Assembly: GCA_965226375.1 (NCBI GenBank)
Contig: CBDDCX010000006.1
Location: 256,001 to 320,000 of the forward strand
Direction: 5' to 3'
Source of the DNA: Longimicrobiales bacterium
GTDB lineage: Bacteria > Gemmatimonadota > Gemmatimonadetes > Longimicrobiales > Gaopeijiaceae
Length of the DNA: 64,000 nucleotides
Shown: one piece after another, positions 39,217 through 49,473 of the stretch
Position numbering within the stretch: position 1 is the first letter of the stretch
Layout of the letters: every line of letters starts with the position of its first letter
The notes under the pieces: generated by a model
What the model was told of the DNA's origin: nothing
Database searches by the model: none
The model's input: only the letters and a program-made list of their open reading frames with translations
Translations under genes and position numbers: made by a program

Positions 39217-42200
39217 ATGGGACGCGCCAAGAAATCCGTGAGGCTCGGCGCCATCATCGGGTTGGCCCTGGGGGCCGGCGCGATGTCTGCGTTCTTCTTG
39301 TTGACGCGCACCACGGTCGGCCAGGCGTTCGTGCTCGAGGCCGCGCTCAGTCGGGTTGAGCGTGTGGTGAACGGCGAGATTCTCGTGTCTGGGATTCGTT
39401 CGACGGGTCTTCACAGAGGGGCCAGACTGGTGGGGGTGCAGGTCAACGCCCCCGACGGTAGCCCGCTGCTCCTGGCCGACTCGTTGGAGGCGGAATACTC
39501 GGTGGGCAGTATGCTGCGGGGGGACGTACTTCTCTCCGGCGTCACGCTATGGCGGCCGAGGTTCACGATCACCCGTCCGCGGCGTGGAGCCCCCTTCAAC
39601 GTGTCCGCCTTCCTCAGTGGCAGAGGGGATGGGAGCGATGGACTGGAACCCGACGAGGGGTCGACCGCCGAACCGCCCGACGGAGAAGAGGACCAGAAAA
39701 ATGGCCGCCGGCTGGTGCTGGAAGACGTGACCATTCACGGAGGCAGCCTAGACGTCCGTTATCCCATCGCCGAGGCACCCGGGCCCGATTCACGCATAGT
39801 CACCGTGCCCCACCCCGACGGGGACGGACTCATGCGTAGTTTCAGCTTCGATGGGATCGACGCGCATCTGGACCGGCTCGCCATTGTCGACCCCGACGTG
39901 GAGGGCCTCCGTGTGGATGTGGGTGGTCTTGCCTTGGAAGGCGAGGTCTTTCGAGACCCCGTCCTGGTCCGGGACTTTGGTGGTCGGGTGGAGTGGCTCG
40001 ATGATCGCATCCAGGTCACTGCGGAGCGCCTCAGGCTCCCGGGGACGGAGGCCAGTGGTCTTGCCACCGTCGATCTCATCGAGGGATCGGCGCCCGAGCT
40101 GACGCTGGACTTTGTCGCTTCCCGGCTCGATCTGGTCGATCTCCAGTGGCTACTGCCAGCCCTCCCAGACGCGCAGGGCAGCGCGGGCATCGGGGTCAGC
40201 CTCGGGCCAGAGGGGCTCCGGGTCCGCTGGTCCGGCGCCCGACTCGCCGTCGAGGGCGGCGAGTTGGGCGGCGCCGGGGTGTTCAACCGGCCAAGGGGTG
40301 GGGAGGCGTCACTGGAGGGTGTATCGGTGGACGTGACGGCGATCCCGGTCTCTTTCCTGGCCGAGTATCTTCCTTGGGCGCCTCCGCTGGAAGGGAAGAT
40401 CCACGGGTACGTGGGACTTTCGGGCGGGATGAACGCTCTCGCGGTGACGGCCCGAATCGCCCTGTTGGAGCCTGGGCTGGGGCCCTCGGGTGGCGAGATC
40501 AACGGCGTGCTGCACTTGCGGCAGCCCATGGGCGCCACGGATCTGCATGCTCGATTCACGCCGGTCGATCTCGGCCTTGCGAATCGCTTTGCCGACGGAC
40601 TGCGCCTTGCGGGTGCCATGAGCCTGGACGTCACGGCAGACGGTCGACTGGACGAAGGGGTACGGATCGCGCTGGACGCTACCTATCCCGATCCCGAGTC
40701 CGAGGAGTCACACATCGCGGTAGAGGGAAGCCTGACGGAAGTGGAGGGCGAAGTATTCGTGTCCCTGGACGGTGACCTCGAGCCGCTCTCCATCGCCGGC
40801 CTCTTCGGAGACGAGTCGCCCCTATCCCGGCTCGGCGTGGCACGGGGGACTGTCCGTGCCGAGGGCGCGCTGTCGGCCATGGTGCTGAGCACCGAGCTGA
40901 CCACCGGCGGAGGTGAGCTCACCCTGGAGAGTCACTTCGACGCACGGTCACCGCTGACCTCGTACCGGGTTCTTGGAGAGGCGCGGGGCTTCGACATGCC
41001 CCAGGTGCTCCCCACGCTCCCGGAGGGCACGATCTTCTCCGGTTCGCTGGATCTTCGTGGAGAGGGAGGTGATCTGCGCACGGCGGAGTTGACGGGTGAC
41101 GTGCAGCTGACCCGCTCTCGTTTTGCCCGACTGGACGTGGACACGGCGTCGATTCAGCTTCGCATCTCCGGAGGTGTCCTCACCGTGGACACGCTCCAAA
41201 GTGTCGTGGGCGGGGTGACGGTGGAGGGCGCGGGACGGCTCGCCACCACGGGTACCGGATCCGGCGATGAGCTGCGCGTTCGCTTCGAGACGGAGAACAT
41301 GGAAGGGCTACGGCCCCTGCTTCTCGGGCGCGACGTCATCGCCCGGGATACTCTCTCGGCCTTGGAGCTCAGCATCCTCGCCCTGGAGGACATCGATCCC
41401 GACACGCTGCCCACGTTGGAGGAGATCTTCGTTTCGGGGCGTATGGACGGAGAGCTGACCATTGGAGGATCCCTGGAAGAGCTCGATGTCACGGGACGGG
41501 CTCGCCTGGAAGACGGTCTCTACGGAGGCGACCGTGTGGGAGAGGCTGCCGTTCAGTTCTCCGCCTTCAGCCTCTTCTCTCCGGAGCGGGACGTCGAGGC
41601 ACAGATTGACGGGGACGACATCCGCATCCTCGGCCGGGTCTTCGACTCGGTCTCTGTCCGCCTGGAGTACCAGGAGCCCCGGGGCCGCGTGAACCTGTTG
41701 GTTGTGAGGTCGGAGGAGGAGAGCTATCAAGCGGCGCTGGCGTTGGAACGGGAAGATTCCGTACGGACCCTGCATCTCGACGAACTGGTCCTGCGCTTTG
41801 CCGACGAGCGCTGGAACTTGGGGGGGCCGGCCACCATCGCGTGGGATCCGGCCGGACTGACCGTCCGGGACCTGCGTGTGATCCGCCCGGGGGTTGGCGG
41901 CATGCGCTTCCGGGCCCGAGGACGTCTGCCGTTCGAGGGCGACGCCGACTTCGACCTGAGCGTTCAGGGTCTCGATGTCAGCCGTATCGCACGCGTGCTT
42001 CAGCTGAGCGAGCGCCTGGAAGGAGTGGTGGACCTGGAGCTCGAAGTGACCGGAAGTGACACCGAGCCGATCATGTCGGGAACGCTCTCCACGGCGGATT
42101 TCCGTTTCAGAGCGTATGACTTCGAGCGCCTCGTGGGGGCTTGGGACTATCAAGATCGGATCGCCACCGGCGAGCTCGAGCTCTGGAGGGACACGGTGCA

Positions 42201-43722
42201 GGTGCTGACGGTGACCGGGGAGCTACCCCTCGATCTCGCTTTCCACACGGTTCCGGATCGGATCCCGGACGAGCCCATCGATCTCGTGGTCGTCTCCCGA
42301 CAGCTACCGCTCTCCCTGCTCATGGCGCCCTTCGAGAGCTACCAGGAAGTGACGGGCGCCCTGTCCGGACGCGTGGAGCTGGGAGGCACGACCGAGAGTC
42401 TGGCCCCCAGCGGCCAGCTTACGGTGTCCGAAGGAGGCGTCTTTCTGCGGGGCCTCGGCGTCCGCCACCAGGACATGAACGGCACCCTCGACTGGTTCCC
42501 TGACGGTCGGGTGGCGGTGGACGGCAGCGTGCGGGCACTGGGAACCGCGACCGTTCAGGGTACGGTGCTTCTAGCGCCGGCGTCCGACCCGGGCTTCGAC
42601 CTGGCGGTGAGTCTCGATGGCTTCCAGGGAATGGATCGCCAAGACGTCACGGGCCGTTTGAGCGGAGACTTCCGGCTCGAGGGATCGTACCGCCGCCCCG
42701 TGATCTCCGGCAATCTCCTGGTAGACGAGGGAACGCTATTCGTGGAGGAGTTCCAAAGGGCTGCCCAGATCGTGGATCTGTCGGATCCCGCCTTCTACGA
42801 GGTGGTGGATACCACAGTGGTGGATCTCCGGCCGCTGCTGGCCGGTCAGAACCCTTTCCTACGGAACATCCGCATGGAGAACATGACTCTGTCCGTGCAG
42901 CGAAACAGCTGGATCCGGAGCGACCGTATGGACGTGGAGCTCGACGGCGAGCTCCAGGTGCTCTACGACCGCCTCACCCAGGACCTGGCCATGGTGGGAT
43001 CACTGGAGGCCGTGCGCGGGTCGTACACTGCTTTTGGCAGGCAATTCCAGGTGGATGGGGGCACGCTACGCTTTCTCGGGACACCCGGGATCAACCCGGA
43101 TCTGAACATCACAGCCAGCAATCGCGTCCGGTCGGCTCAGGGAGATCGCTTTACCATCACCGCTGCCGTTACAGGTACCTTGGTCTCGCCCCGGATCGGC
43201 CTCACGAGCGACCAAGCCGGCGTCACCGAGGACGACCTTCTCAGCTATCTCTATTTCGGCCGGCCCACATACGCCCTGACGACTGGTCAGGCTCGGGACC
43301 TGGGTGCAGCCGGTACCTTGTTGGGTTCGGGGGTGACGTTGGGTCTCAGCACATTCACCAATCGCCTCGGCTCGGCCGTGGCCCAGGAGCTGGGAGTAGA
43401 CTACCTGACCATCAGCCAAGAGGACCTGGGAGCCCTGGGCGACATCAGCTTGCGGGGCACGCTGGGGAACACCGTGGTCGAGACGGGCTTCTATGTCGCC
43501 GACGACTTCTTCGTGACTGTGCTCCTCAGGCCTCTCCTCAGTCAGGGTGCGGGCAGTCAGTTTGCGGGCATCCGCTTCGAATGGGTGGCGTCGAACGCCT
43601 ACACGATCGAGTCCTACTACGAGGATCGATTCTTCAGAGGGCGCGTGGTGGGCTTCGGGGAGTTGGGCATCCAAAACGAGAAGGGCTTCGGGTTGTTCAT
43701 CTTCCGGGAATGGGCCTACTAG
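39217..43722 (+). CDS. tamB: translocation/assembly module TamB
   Basis: 1501 aa; N-terminal anchor; beta-taco repeats; C-terminal G.Y..FG..F.V..G...F.G..P.L.I.A..DLLSYL.FG region. Confidence 0.9.
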   Translation: MGRAKKSVRLGAIIGLALGAGAMSAFFLLTRTTVGQAFVLEAALSRVERVVNGEILVSGIRSTGLHRGARLVGVQVNAPDGSPLLLADSLEAEYSVGSMLRGDVLLSGVTLWRPRFTITRPRRGAPFNVSAFLSGRGDGSDGLEPDEGSTAEPPDGEEDQKNGRRLVLEDVTIHGGSLDVRYPIAEAPGPDSRIVTVPHPDGDGLMRSFSFDGIDAHLDRLAIVDPDVEGLRVDVGGLALEGEVFRDPVLVRDFGGRVEWLDDRIQVTAERLRLPGTEASGLATVDLIEGSAPELTLDFVASRLDLVDLQWLLPALPDAQGSAGIGVSLGPEGLRVRWSGARLAVEGGELGGAGVFNRPRGGEASLEGVSVDVTAIPVSFLAEYLPWAPPLEGKIHGYVGLSGGMNALAVTARIALLEPGLGPSGGEINGVLHLRQPMGATDLHARFTPVDLGLANRFADGLRLAGAMSLDVTADGRLDEGVRIALDATYPDPESEESHIAVEGSLTEVEGEVFVSLDGDLEPLSIAGLFGDESPLSRLGVARGTVRAEGALSAMVLSTELTTGGGELTLESHFDARSPLTSYRVLGEARGFDMPQVLPTLPEGTIFSGSLDLRGEGGDLRTAELTGDVQLTRSRFARLDVDTASIQLRISGGVLTVDTLQSVVGGVTVEGAGRLATTGTGSGDELRVRFETENMEGLRPLLLGRDVIARDTLSALELSILALEDIDPDTLPTLEEIFVSGRMDGELTIGGSLEELDVTGRARLEDGLYGGDRVGEAAVQFSAFSLFSPERDVEAQIDGDDIRILGRVFDSVSVRLEYQEPRGRVNLLVVRSEEESYQAALALEREDSVRTLHLDELVLRFADERWNLGGPATIAWDPAGLTVRDLRVIRPGVGGMRFRARGRLPFEGDADFDLSVQGLDVSRIARVLQLSERLEGVVDLELEVTGSDTEPIMSGTLSTADFRFRAYDFERLVGAWDYQDRIATGELELWRDTVQVLTVTGELPLDLAFHTVPDRIPDEPIDLVVVSRQLPLSLLMAPFESYQEVTGALSGRVELGGTTESLAPSGQLTVSEGGVFLRGLGVRHQDMNGTLDWFPDGRVAVDGSVRALGTATVQGTVLLAPASDPGFDLAVSLDGFQGMDRQDVTGRLSGDFRLEGSYRRPVISGNLLVDEGTLFVEEFQRAAQIVDLSDPAFYEVVDTTVVDLRPLLAGQNPFLRNIRMENMTLSVQRNSWIRSDRMDVELDGELQVLYDRLTQDLAMVGSLEAVRGSYTAFGRQFQVDGGTLRFLGTPGINPDLNITASNRVRSAQGDRFTITAAVTGTLVSPRIGLTSDQAGVTEDDLLSYLYFGRPTYALTTGQARDLGAAGTLLGSGVTLGLSTFTNRLGSAVAQELGVDYLTISQEDLGALGDISLRGTLGNTVVETGFYVADDFFVTVLLRPLLSQGAGSQFAGIRFEWVASNAYTIESYYEDRFFRGRVVGFGELGIQNEKGFGLFIFREWAY

Positions 43723-43737
43723 GCCCTGTCTTTGGAA

Positions 43738-44309
43738 ATGTCCGACGCGCCACTGTACCGAGAGATCCGCCCGCCCCCGGAGCTATCCGATGTGGTGGAA
43801 TGCTGTTGGATCCAGCGCGGCGACTTCACCCCGGCCACCCAACCGACGCTTGCCCGGGTCCTGCCGGACAGGTGCATGGACATCGTCGTCACCCTCGGGG
43901 ACTTCGTTCGCCCCGTCGAGGGCGAGGCGCACGAACATCGCGCCTTGCCCGCAGGACCGAAGCACCTGATCCCGACATCCTAGTGCTGGGTGCTTCCGAT
44001 CTCATCGATGGCTCGATGGGCACGGTGACCGTGGACGAGTTGCGCCGTGCGCTCTACGTCAGCGAGCGGACGTTGGAACGACGGTTCCGCAGCGAAGTCG
44101 GGGTCTCGCCAAAGCAAGCCGCCCGCATCGCTCGCTTTCAGGCCGCGACCCGGAAGCTCCTAGCAAGTCCACGGGTGTCTCTCGGCAGGGTCGCACACGA
44201 GTGCGGCTACTATGACCAGGCGCACTTCAACCGGGAGTTTCGGACCTTGGCGGGCATATCTCCCGGGCAGTGGCGTGCGCAGACCCCAGGGGTAGAGGCG
44301 CCTGGTTAA
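43738..44309 (+). pseudogene. AraC-family regulator with an internal deletion/frameshift at about 43945
   Basis: N part YREI.PPPEL..VVEC.W..VLPD.CMDIV in one frame; HTH SERTLERRF..EVG.SPK..GYYDQAHF.REFR in another. Confidence 0.85.
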
Positions 44310-44396
44310 AAGTCACGTTGATTGTCGGATTCGTACAAGCGCGGGCACCGCGCCTTCCACTAGCTTCCCGCTATCACCAAAAACGGGAGGTGTGGC

Positions 44397-44882
44397 ATGC
44401 GGACAGTCCTGACGCTCTTGGTGGGTTCAACGTTGATGGTCGGACCCGAAGCGCACACGCTCGGAGAGACGGAAACGGGAGACGTAGCGATGGAGATGAC
44501 GAGTTTGACACCCGTGCTGTACGTGGAGGCGATCGAGCCGGTACTGGACTTTTGGAAACGCCTCGGTTTCGAAGTCACCGCAGAAGTCCCCGAAGGAGAT
44601 CGCCTCGGATTCGTGATCCTGCGGAGCGATCCGGTGGAGATCATGTACCAGACCCGGATCAGTGTGGAGAAGGATGTGCCTGATCTGGCCGACACTCCTA
44701 TGGGCGGCAGTCTGCTCTTCATCCAGGTGAGCGATCTCGATGCGGTGGTGGCCGCCTTGGAGGAGGCTGAAGTGATCGTTCCACGACGGACGACCTTCTA
44801 CGGGGCGGACGAGATCGCCGTACGCGAACCGGGCGGCAATTTGGTCACGTTCGCGCACTTCGCCGAGCGTGGAGAGGGCTGA
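44397..44882 (+). CDS. VOC/glyoxalase family protein
   Basis: LTPVLYV..IE...DFW..LGF; LFIQV.DLD; TFYGA.E..VREPGGN; alternative start ATG 44490. Confidence 0.9.
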   Translation: MRTVLTLLVGSTLMVGPEAHTLGETETGDVAMEMTSLTPVLYVEAIEPVLDFWKRLGFEVTAEVPEGDRLGFVILRSDPVEIMYQTRISVEKDVPDLADTPMGGSLLFIQVSDLDAVVAALEEAEVIVPRRTTFYGADEIAVREPGGNLVTFAHFAERGEG

Positions 44883-44899
44883 GCTTTCGAGCCGGACAG

Positions 44900-45019
44900 T
44901 TGGCCATCGTGAATCCGTTGGCAGGCGTGCGCCGGCCCGGGCTGACCGGGCTATTTCGTACCCACCCGCCCACGGACGAACGGGTGGAGGCCTTGCGGGC
45001 TCTAGCCGCGGCGGTCTAA
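44900..45019 (+). pseudogene. htpX: isolated 3' remnant of an HtpX (M48) protease gene
   Basis: Translates LAIVNPLAGVRRPGLTGLFRTHPPTDERVEALRALAAAV*, matching the HtpX C-terminal IVNPL..LF.THPP..ER signature. Confidence 0.75.
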
Positions 45020-45216
45020 CGCCTCACCAGGGGATGGAGAGATAGAGCGGTATCGCACCCGTGGTCGCTCCAGCGACGAAGCCGAGACCGGCTCCTTCGG
45101 CGGATGCAGGGAGTGTACATCGTGGTGATTATAGCTGATGGGGCGCAGATCGAGAGCACACCATTGGACTTTGGTGGAACACTCGGACCCGATGATGATC
45201 GAGGCCATGCTCGGTT

Positions 45217-45699
45217 TCACCGGACCATCACACCCATCCTGACCACGGCCTGCTCCAGGTCACCGTCCAGCAGCTCGTAGCGACCCTCGAGAAACAAGCG
45301 AAGCGAGGCGACGGCCAGATCGACTCCAGCCCCGGCGAACCCACCGCTTTCGCTGACCGTGTCTATGGACACGGCGTCTGGGTCCTTCAGGTCCCGCCAC
45401 GTCATCCCGCCCGTCAGGTACGGCCGGACCAACAGTAGTGGAAGCCTGACGTTGACTCCGAGGGACAACCCCTTGAGGTCGCAGCCGTCACAGTCTGGAA
45501 AGAACCACGTGCCCTCCCCGAAGATGTCCACGGGGAGGATCGGAAGGTCGTAACCGAGCACCCCGCCCACCCCAACCGAACCGTCGAAGCTCGCGGCCCA
45601 GGCGCCGGTTACGCCTCCGAACAGCTGAGCACGAGCCGATACGGGTGCCACCAGTACCCCGATCAACACGATACACGAGGTCAAGCGCTGTGGCGTCAT
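45217..45699 (-). CDS. small outer-membrane beta-barrel protein
   Basis: Signal peptide ending ARA-Q; eight amphipathic strands; PYLTGG, FLEGRY. Confidence 0.8.
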   Translation of the reverse strand: MTPQRLTSCIVLIGVLVAPVSARAQLFGGVTGAWAASFDGSVGVGGVLGYDLPILPVDIFGEGTWFFPDCDGCDLKGLSLGVNVRLPLLLVRPYLTGGMTWRDLKDPDAVSIDTVSESGGFAGAGVDLAVASLRLFLEGRYELLDGDLEQAVVRMGVMVR

Positions 45700-46015
45700 G
45701 AGCTTACTCCGTCTGAGAGTCGGTAGGCCGTGTGCACGGCAGCTTGGTCCATCCCCCTCAAGGTAGCGCGAATCTACGTCGTCGATGGGGTCCGCCGGGC
45801 TGCCGTTCATCGCTGTTGCGCGTCAGGGTCCGGATGTGTTGAGTAATGAAAGGCTCATCGAGAGTTGACGACGGAAGGAAGCGATACCCAGCGAGGGTTC
45901 TGCTCGAGCTGGGGCCGTGTATGCGCCTGGCCCGCGCCCACAATCAAGAAGGCCGCGATCCCACAAGCTCAACTGGTCGGCTTGGTCGCTCGACGTGAGT
46001 CATCTGGTGGGAATC

Positions 46016-46423
46016 CTAGGCATTGTCCGGGGGAATCGTAACATCGGCCTCCATTGCCATGACCTTGAAGAGTTGCGCCTGGTCGAACGGCTTCTTGAGA
46101 CACGCACGGGCGCCGGCGGCGGCGACCCGGCGCTCGATCTCCGGCTCATCTCGTCCCGTCATGCAGATCACGGGTAGGTTCGGGGCCTCTTCCTTCAACC
46201 GCTCGAGAAATTCGATCCCTGATATCTCGGGAAGGTGGATGTCGAGCAGGAGGCACACCGCCGATTCCAGAACGGCCGACTCGAGATAGCTACGGGCGGA
46301 GGCGTAGCCGGCGGAGCGCAGCCCGACCGAGGTGAGCAACCTGCGCAACGCCCTGCGGACCGCATCGTCGTCGTCGACGATGTGCACGACTCGATCGGAG
46401 GTGGCGCCCGCCGTGTCCTTCAC
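46016..46423 (-). CDS. single-domain response regulator (FixJ-like receiver)
   Basis: IVDDD.AVR, CLLLDIHLP..SG, MTG, LKKPF; the longer ORF to 47146 merely runs through the IS. Confidence 0.9.
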   Translation of the reverse strand: MKDTAGATSDRVVHIVDDDDAVRRALRRLLTSVGLRSAGYASARSYLESAVLESAVCLLLDIHLPEISGIEFLERLKEEAPNLPVICMTGRDEPEIERRVAAAGARACLKKPFDQAQLFKVMAMEADVTIPPDNA

Positions 46424-46550
46424 CAGGCTCGTACCTCGACTGGGGGATCGGTGTCCAGGATTTGTCTCTCCGTTGCTTGGCCACGGGACGGCGCACCCGA
46501 GGATGTCCGTGAGCGGTGTCTTAATTTTAGGGGGGGGCGTATGGCACGTA

Positions 46551-47617
46551 AGGGGGTATTCCCTTAAGTCCACCGACCCCAAGATATAGTGGTTACCGGG
46601 GCTCTGCGGGCCGTTTCCCACGTCCGGTGCCGAGGTAAAGGGCCGAAGCTGGCGTGGGAGCACACTGAACAGCCTGCTCAAGCAAGCGGTAGAACAACAG
46701 GCCGCGAGCCCGGGATGTGCGTCGGTTGAAGCGAAAGGTGAACTCGTCCAGATAGTAGGGGAGGTGTTCGCGGGCGATCCCTCCTTGGAGGGTTCCGAGG
46801 ACCCAGCGCTTGAGGAGAGACGCCACCCGATGTACGGCCGACATGAGCACGTGAGCGGGATCGCCGGAGGTCGAGAGGTTCGTGACCGTGTGGCGAAAGC
46901 CCAGTTTGGCGAGTCCCTGATAGCTTGGCCATCCGTCGGTATGCACCGTGCTTGCCGGTGCGATGCTATCCTTGACGAAGCCTCGCAGAACCGGAGCGGA
47001 GAGGTCGGGCACCCAACGCAGCCGTATTCTCCCGATCTTGCGTCCGTCGACCTCGGCGGCGATCGCGACGATGGCCTTCTTGATCGTCTCGCGGCCCCGC
47101 ACTCCAGCCTCCACGCCCCCGACATAGCTCTCGTCCACTTGCACAACGCCGCTCAGCTGGTCGCGATCCGGTCGGACCATGGCCCGGCGGAGCTTGTGGA
47201 GCCAGACCCACGCTGTCTTGTAGCTTCCCAGTCCGAGCACGCGCTGGAGCCCGAGAGCATTGGCTCCGTATTTCTGGCTCGTGAGCTCCCAGGCAGCGAG
47301 AAACCACAGACGCAGGGGCGAGCGCGTGCGGTGGAACACGGTTCCCGCCAGCACCGAGGTCTGCCTTCGACAGTGTGGGCAGACGAGACGCCCCCGCGAT
47401 GCTCGCCAGACCTCTCCCAACCCGCCACAGCCCACGCACACAAACCCTTCCGGCCAGCGCAGACCCTCCACGTACTCCAGGCATGCCGCATCGTCGGGGA
47501 AGAACTCGTCCAGCTCCAGCCGCGTACGGGGATAGTCCACGCCGCCACGGAGCTGAGAAGCCGGAACCGCCATGACCACAACATGTAGTGGGCGGTGGAC
47601 TTAAGGCAATACCCCAT
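46551..47617 (-). mobile_element. complete IS1595-family insertion sequence, 1067 bp
   Basis: TIRs AGGGGGTATTCCCTTAAGTCCACCG / ATGGGGTATTGCCTTAAGTCCACCG; direct repeat TGGCACGTA at 46542-46550 and 47618-47626. Confidence 0.95.
46593..47579 (-). CDS. IS1595 family DDE transposase
   Basis: RWP.GF.C..C...C..C zinc ribbon; VQVDESYVGG; TDGW.SY; YLDEF.FRFNRR. Confidence 0.97.
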   Translation of the reverse strand: MVMAVPASQLRGGVDYPRTRLELDEFFPDDAACLEYVEGLRWPEGFVCVGCGGLGEVWRASRGRLVCPHCRRQTSVLAGTVFHRTRSPLRLWFLAAWELTSQKYGANALGLQRVLGLGSYKTAWVWLHKLRRAMVRPDRDQLSGVVQVDESYVGGVEAGVRGRETIKKAIVAIAAEVDGRKIGRIRLRWVPDLSAPVLRGFVKDSIAPASTVHTDGWPSYQGLAKLGFRHTVTNLSTSGDPAHVLMSAVHRVASLLKRWVLGTLQGGIAREHLPYYLDEFTFRFNRRTSRARGLLFYRLLEQAVQCAPTPASALYLGTGRGKRPAEPR

Positions 47618-47805
47618 TGGCACGTATATAAGACCTTGGTCCCATATGGTTCGGCGGCGGTCTGCGACCGTCAGGGCACGACGCTGCGAAGGGGTGCGCG
47701 ACGGACGGAGATGGTGACGGTGTACCGGATGGGATCGATAAAACCGTCGTGCCCGGGGCGGTGCTACGTGATTCGGTTAGACCGCGCCTCGGTCCGAAGT
47801 CGGGG

Positions 47806-49473
47806 CTACGCGCCCGCGCCCGGGTCCGATGTCGGAGCTACGGGCAGGATGATCCGTAACGTGGCGCCTTCAAGGGAGTTGTTCTCCGCCAGCAACTGTC
47901 CATGATGAGCTTCGACAATACTTCGCTGATCGAGAGGCCCAATCCCAGGCCGTCCGGTTTCGTCGACACGAACGGGCCGAAGGCCTGTCCCTCGATGTCG
48001 TCCGGTAAGCCCGGTCCGTTGTCGGTCAGGCTGATTTCTATGCTGTCCGTCGTTGTCGAAGTCTTGATGCCGACCAACCGTGGACGTCGGCTCTCTTCCG
48101 AAACCGCCTCGAACGCGTTCACCATGACATTCAAAACGACCTGCATGAGCTGAATCGGATCTCCTGAAACGGCCGGCAGACTCTCCGCCAGATCCACGGT
48201 CACCGACACGTCGCGTGCGACGGCGTCGCTCTGGAGCATGTCCACCGTGCTCGTGACCAGGGCGTTCAGGTCTACCGGCTCGGTGCGTTGCTCTCCCTTG
48301 CGCAGGAGCGTCCGCATGTGGCGAATCACGGATCCAGCCCGCTGAGCGTCCTCGGCAATGTCCCCGAGTGCATCGTCGATCTCCCCCAGATCGGGCGATG
48401 GTGCCGCCAGGAATCTTTGGGCGGCCTGAGCGTTCACCACCAAGGCGGACAGAGGCTGATTCACCTCGTGCGCGATGGACGCGGCGAGCTCCCCCATGGT
48501 GGCCAATCTCGAGACGTGTGCCAGGGCCTCTCGGTGCCGGCGATCGGCCTCTTCCGCTTCGACCCGCTCGGAAACGTCGAGCACCAGGACGAAATATCCA
48601 GAGACAGCATCGTCGCTGTCGAACTGAGGGGTAAGAGATACTTCGACCGGCCGAGTTGGGCCGGTAGCGAAAGGAAAATCCATTTCGTAGTGCACAGGAG
48701 AACCGCTTAGCACCGTCCTGATTCCCGGCAGTAAGCGGGCGTAGAGGTCTTCCCCGACTACGTCCTGAACCGTTTTTCCGACGACCTGGGCCGGGTCCAC
48801 GGTGAGCCAGGTAGCGTAATTGTCGTTCACATACCGGTACCGCTGGTCTTTGTCGATAAAAGCGATCAACGCGGGCAATATGTTCGCCATCTGCCGGAGT
48901 AACAGCTCTCGCTCCCTCATGTCCGACTCGATCTGCCGACGCTCGGTCAGATCTCTTATGCTGGCGAGAACCACCGTTTGCCCGTCCCGGTCGATCTGGC
49001 TCAGGGTGATCTCTACGGGGAACTCCAATCCGTTTCGTCTCCGCGCCACGAGGTCGAGGTCAGCCTCCATGGACATGCGTGGGGGGTTCTTCCTGGACCT
49101 TTCTCTGTGGCTGGGATGGTACTCCGCCAGTCGCTCCGCAAGTTGGTCCGGTAAGAGGCGATCGACTTTGGAGGCCATCAGCTCCTCCTGGGAATAGCCA
49201 AAGAGATCGGAGGCCATTCGGTTGCTATTGATGATCTCACCGGTCTCGCCTACGAGCAGGAGTGCGTCGGGAGATTCTTGCAACACACGCCGGACTCGTT
49301 CTTCGGACGCTTCGAGGGCGGCCGTCAAAGCCTTCTCTTCCGTGACGTCCACCAGAAACCCTCTGAGTGTGGCGGCGACGCCATCCTCCCTCTGCACGGC
49401 CACGTAGTCCTTTATCCACACGACCTCTCCATCCGCGCGCACCATGCGGTATTCGAACTCGAAGTTGCTGTCC
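47806..49473 (-). pseudogene. multi-PAS sensor histidine kinase (FixL/NodV-like), 5'-truncated and frameshifted at about 47925
   Basis: Begins mid-PAS (FEYRMVRADG); H-box SIAHEVNQPL; N-box; DNGPG; GLGLGLSIS continues in another frame as (R)SIVEAHHGQL..GATLRIILP to TAG 47806. Confidence 0.88.

Noticed and set aside
46424..47146. 376-aa transposase-receiver fusion
   Set aside because: The extension is an alternative frame through the IS with no recognisable domain
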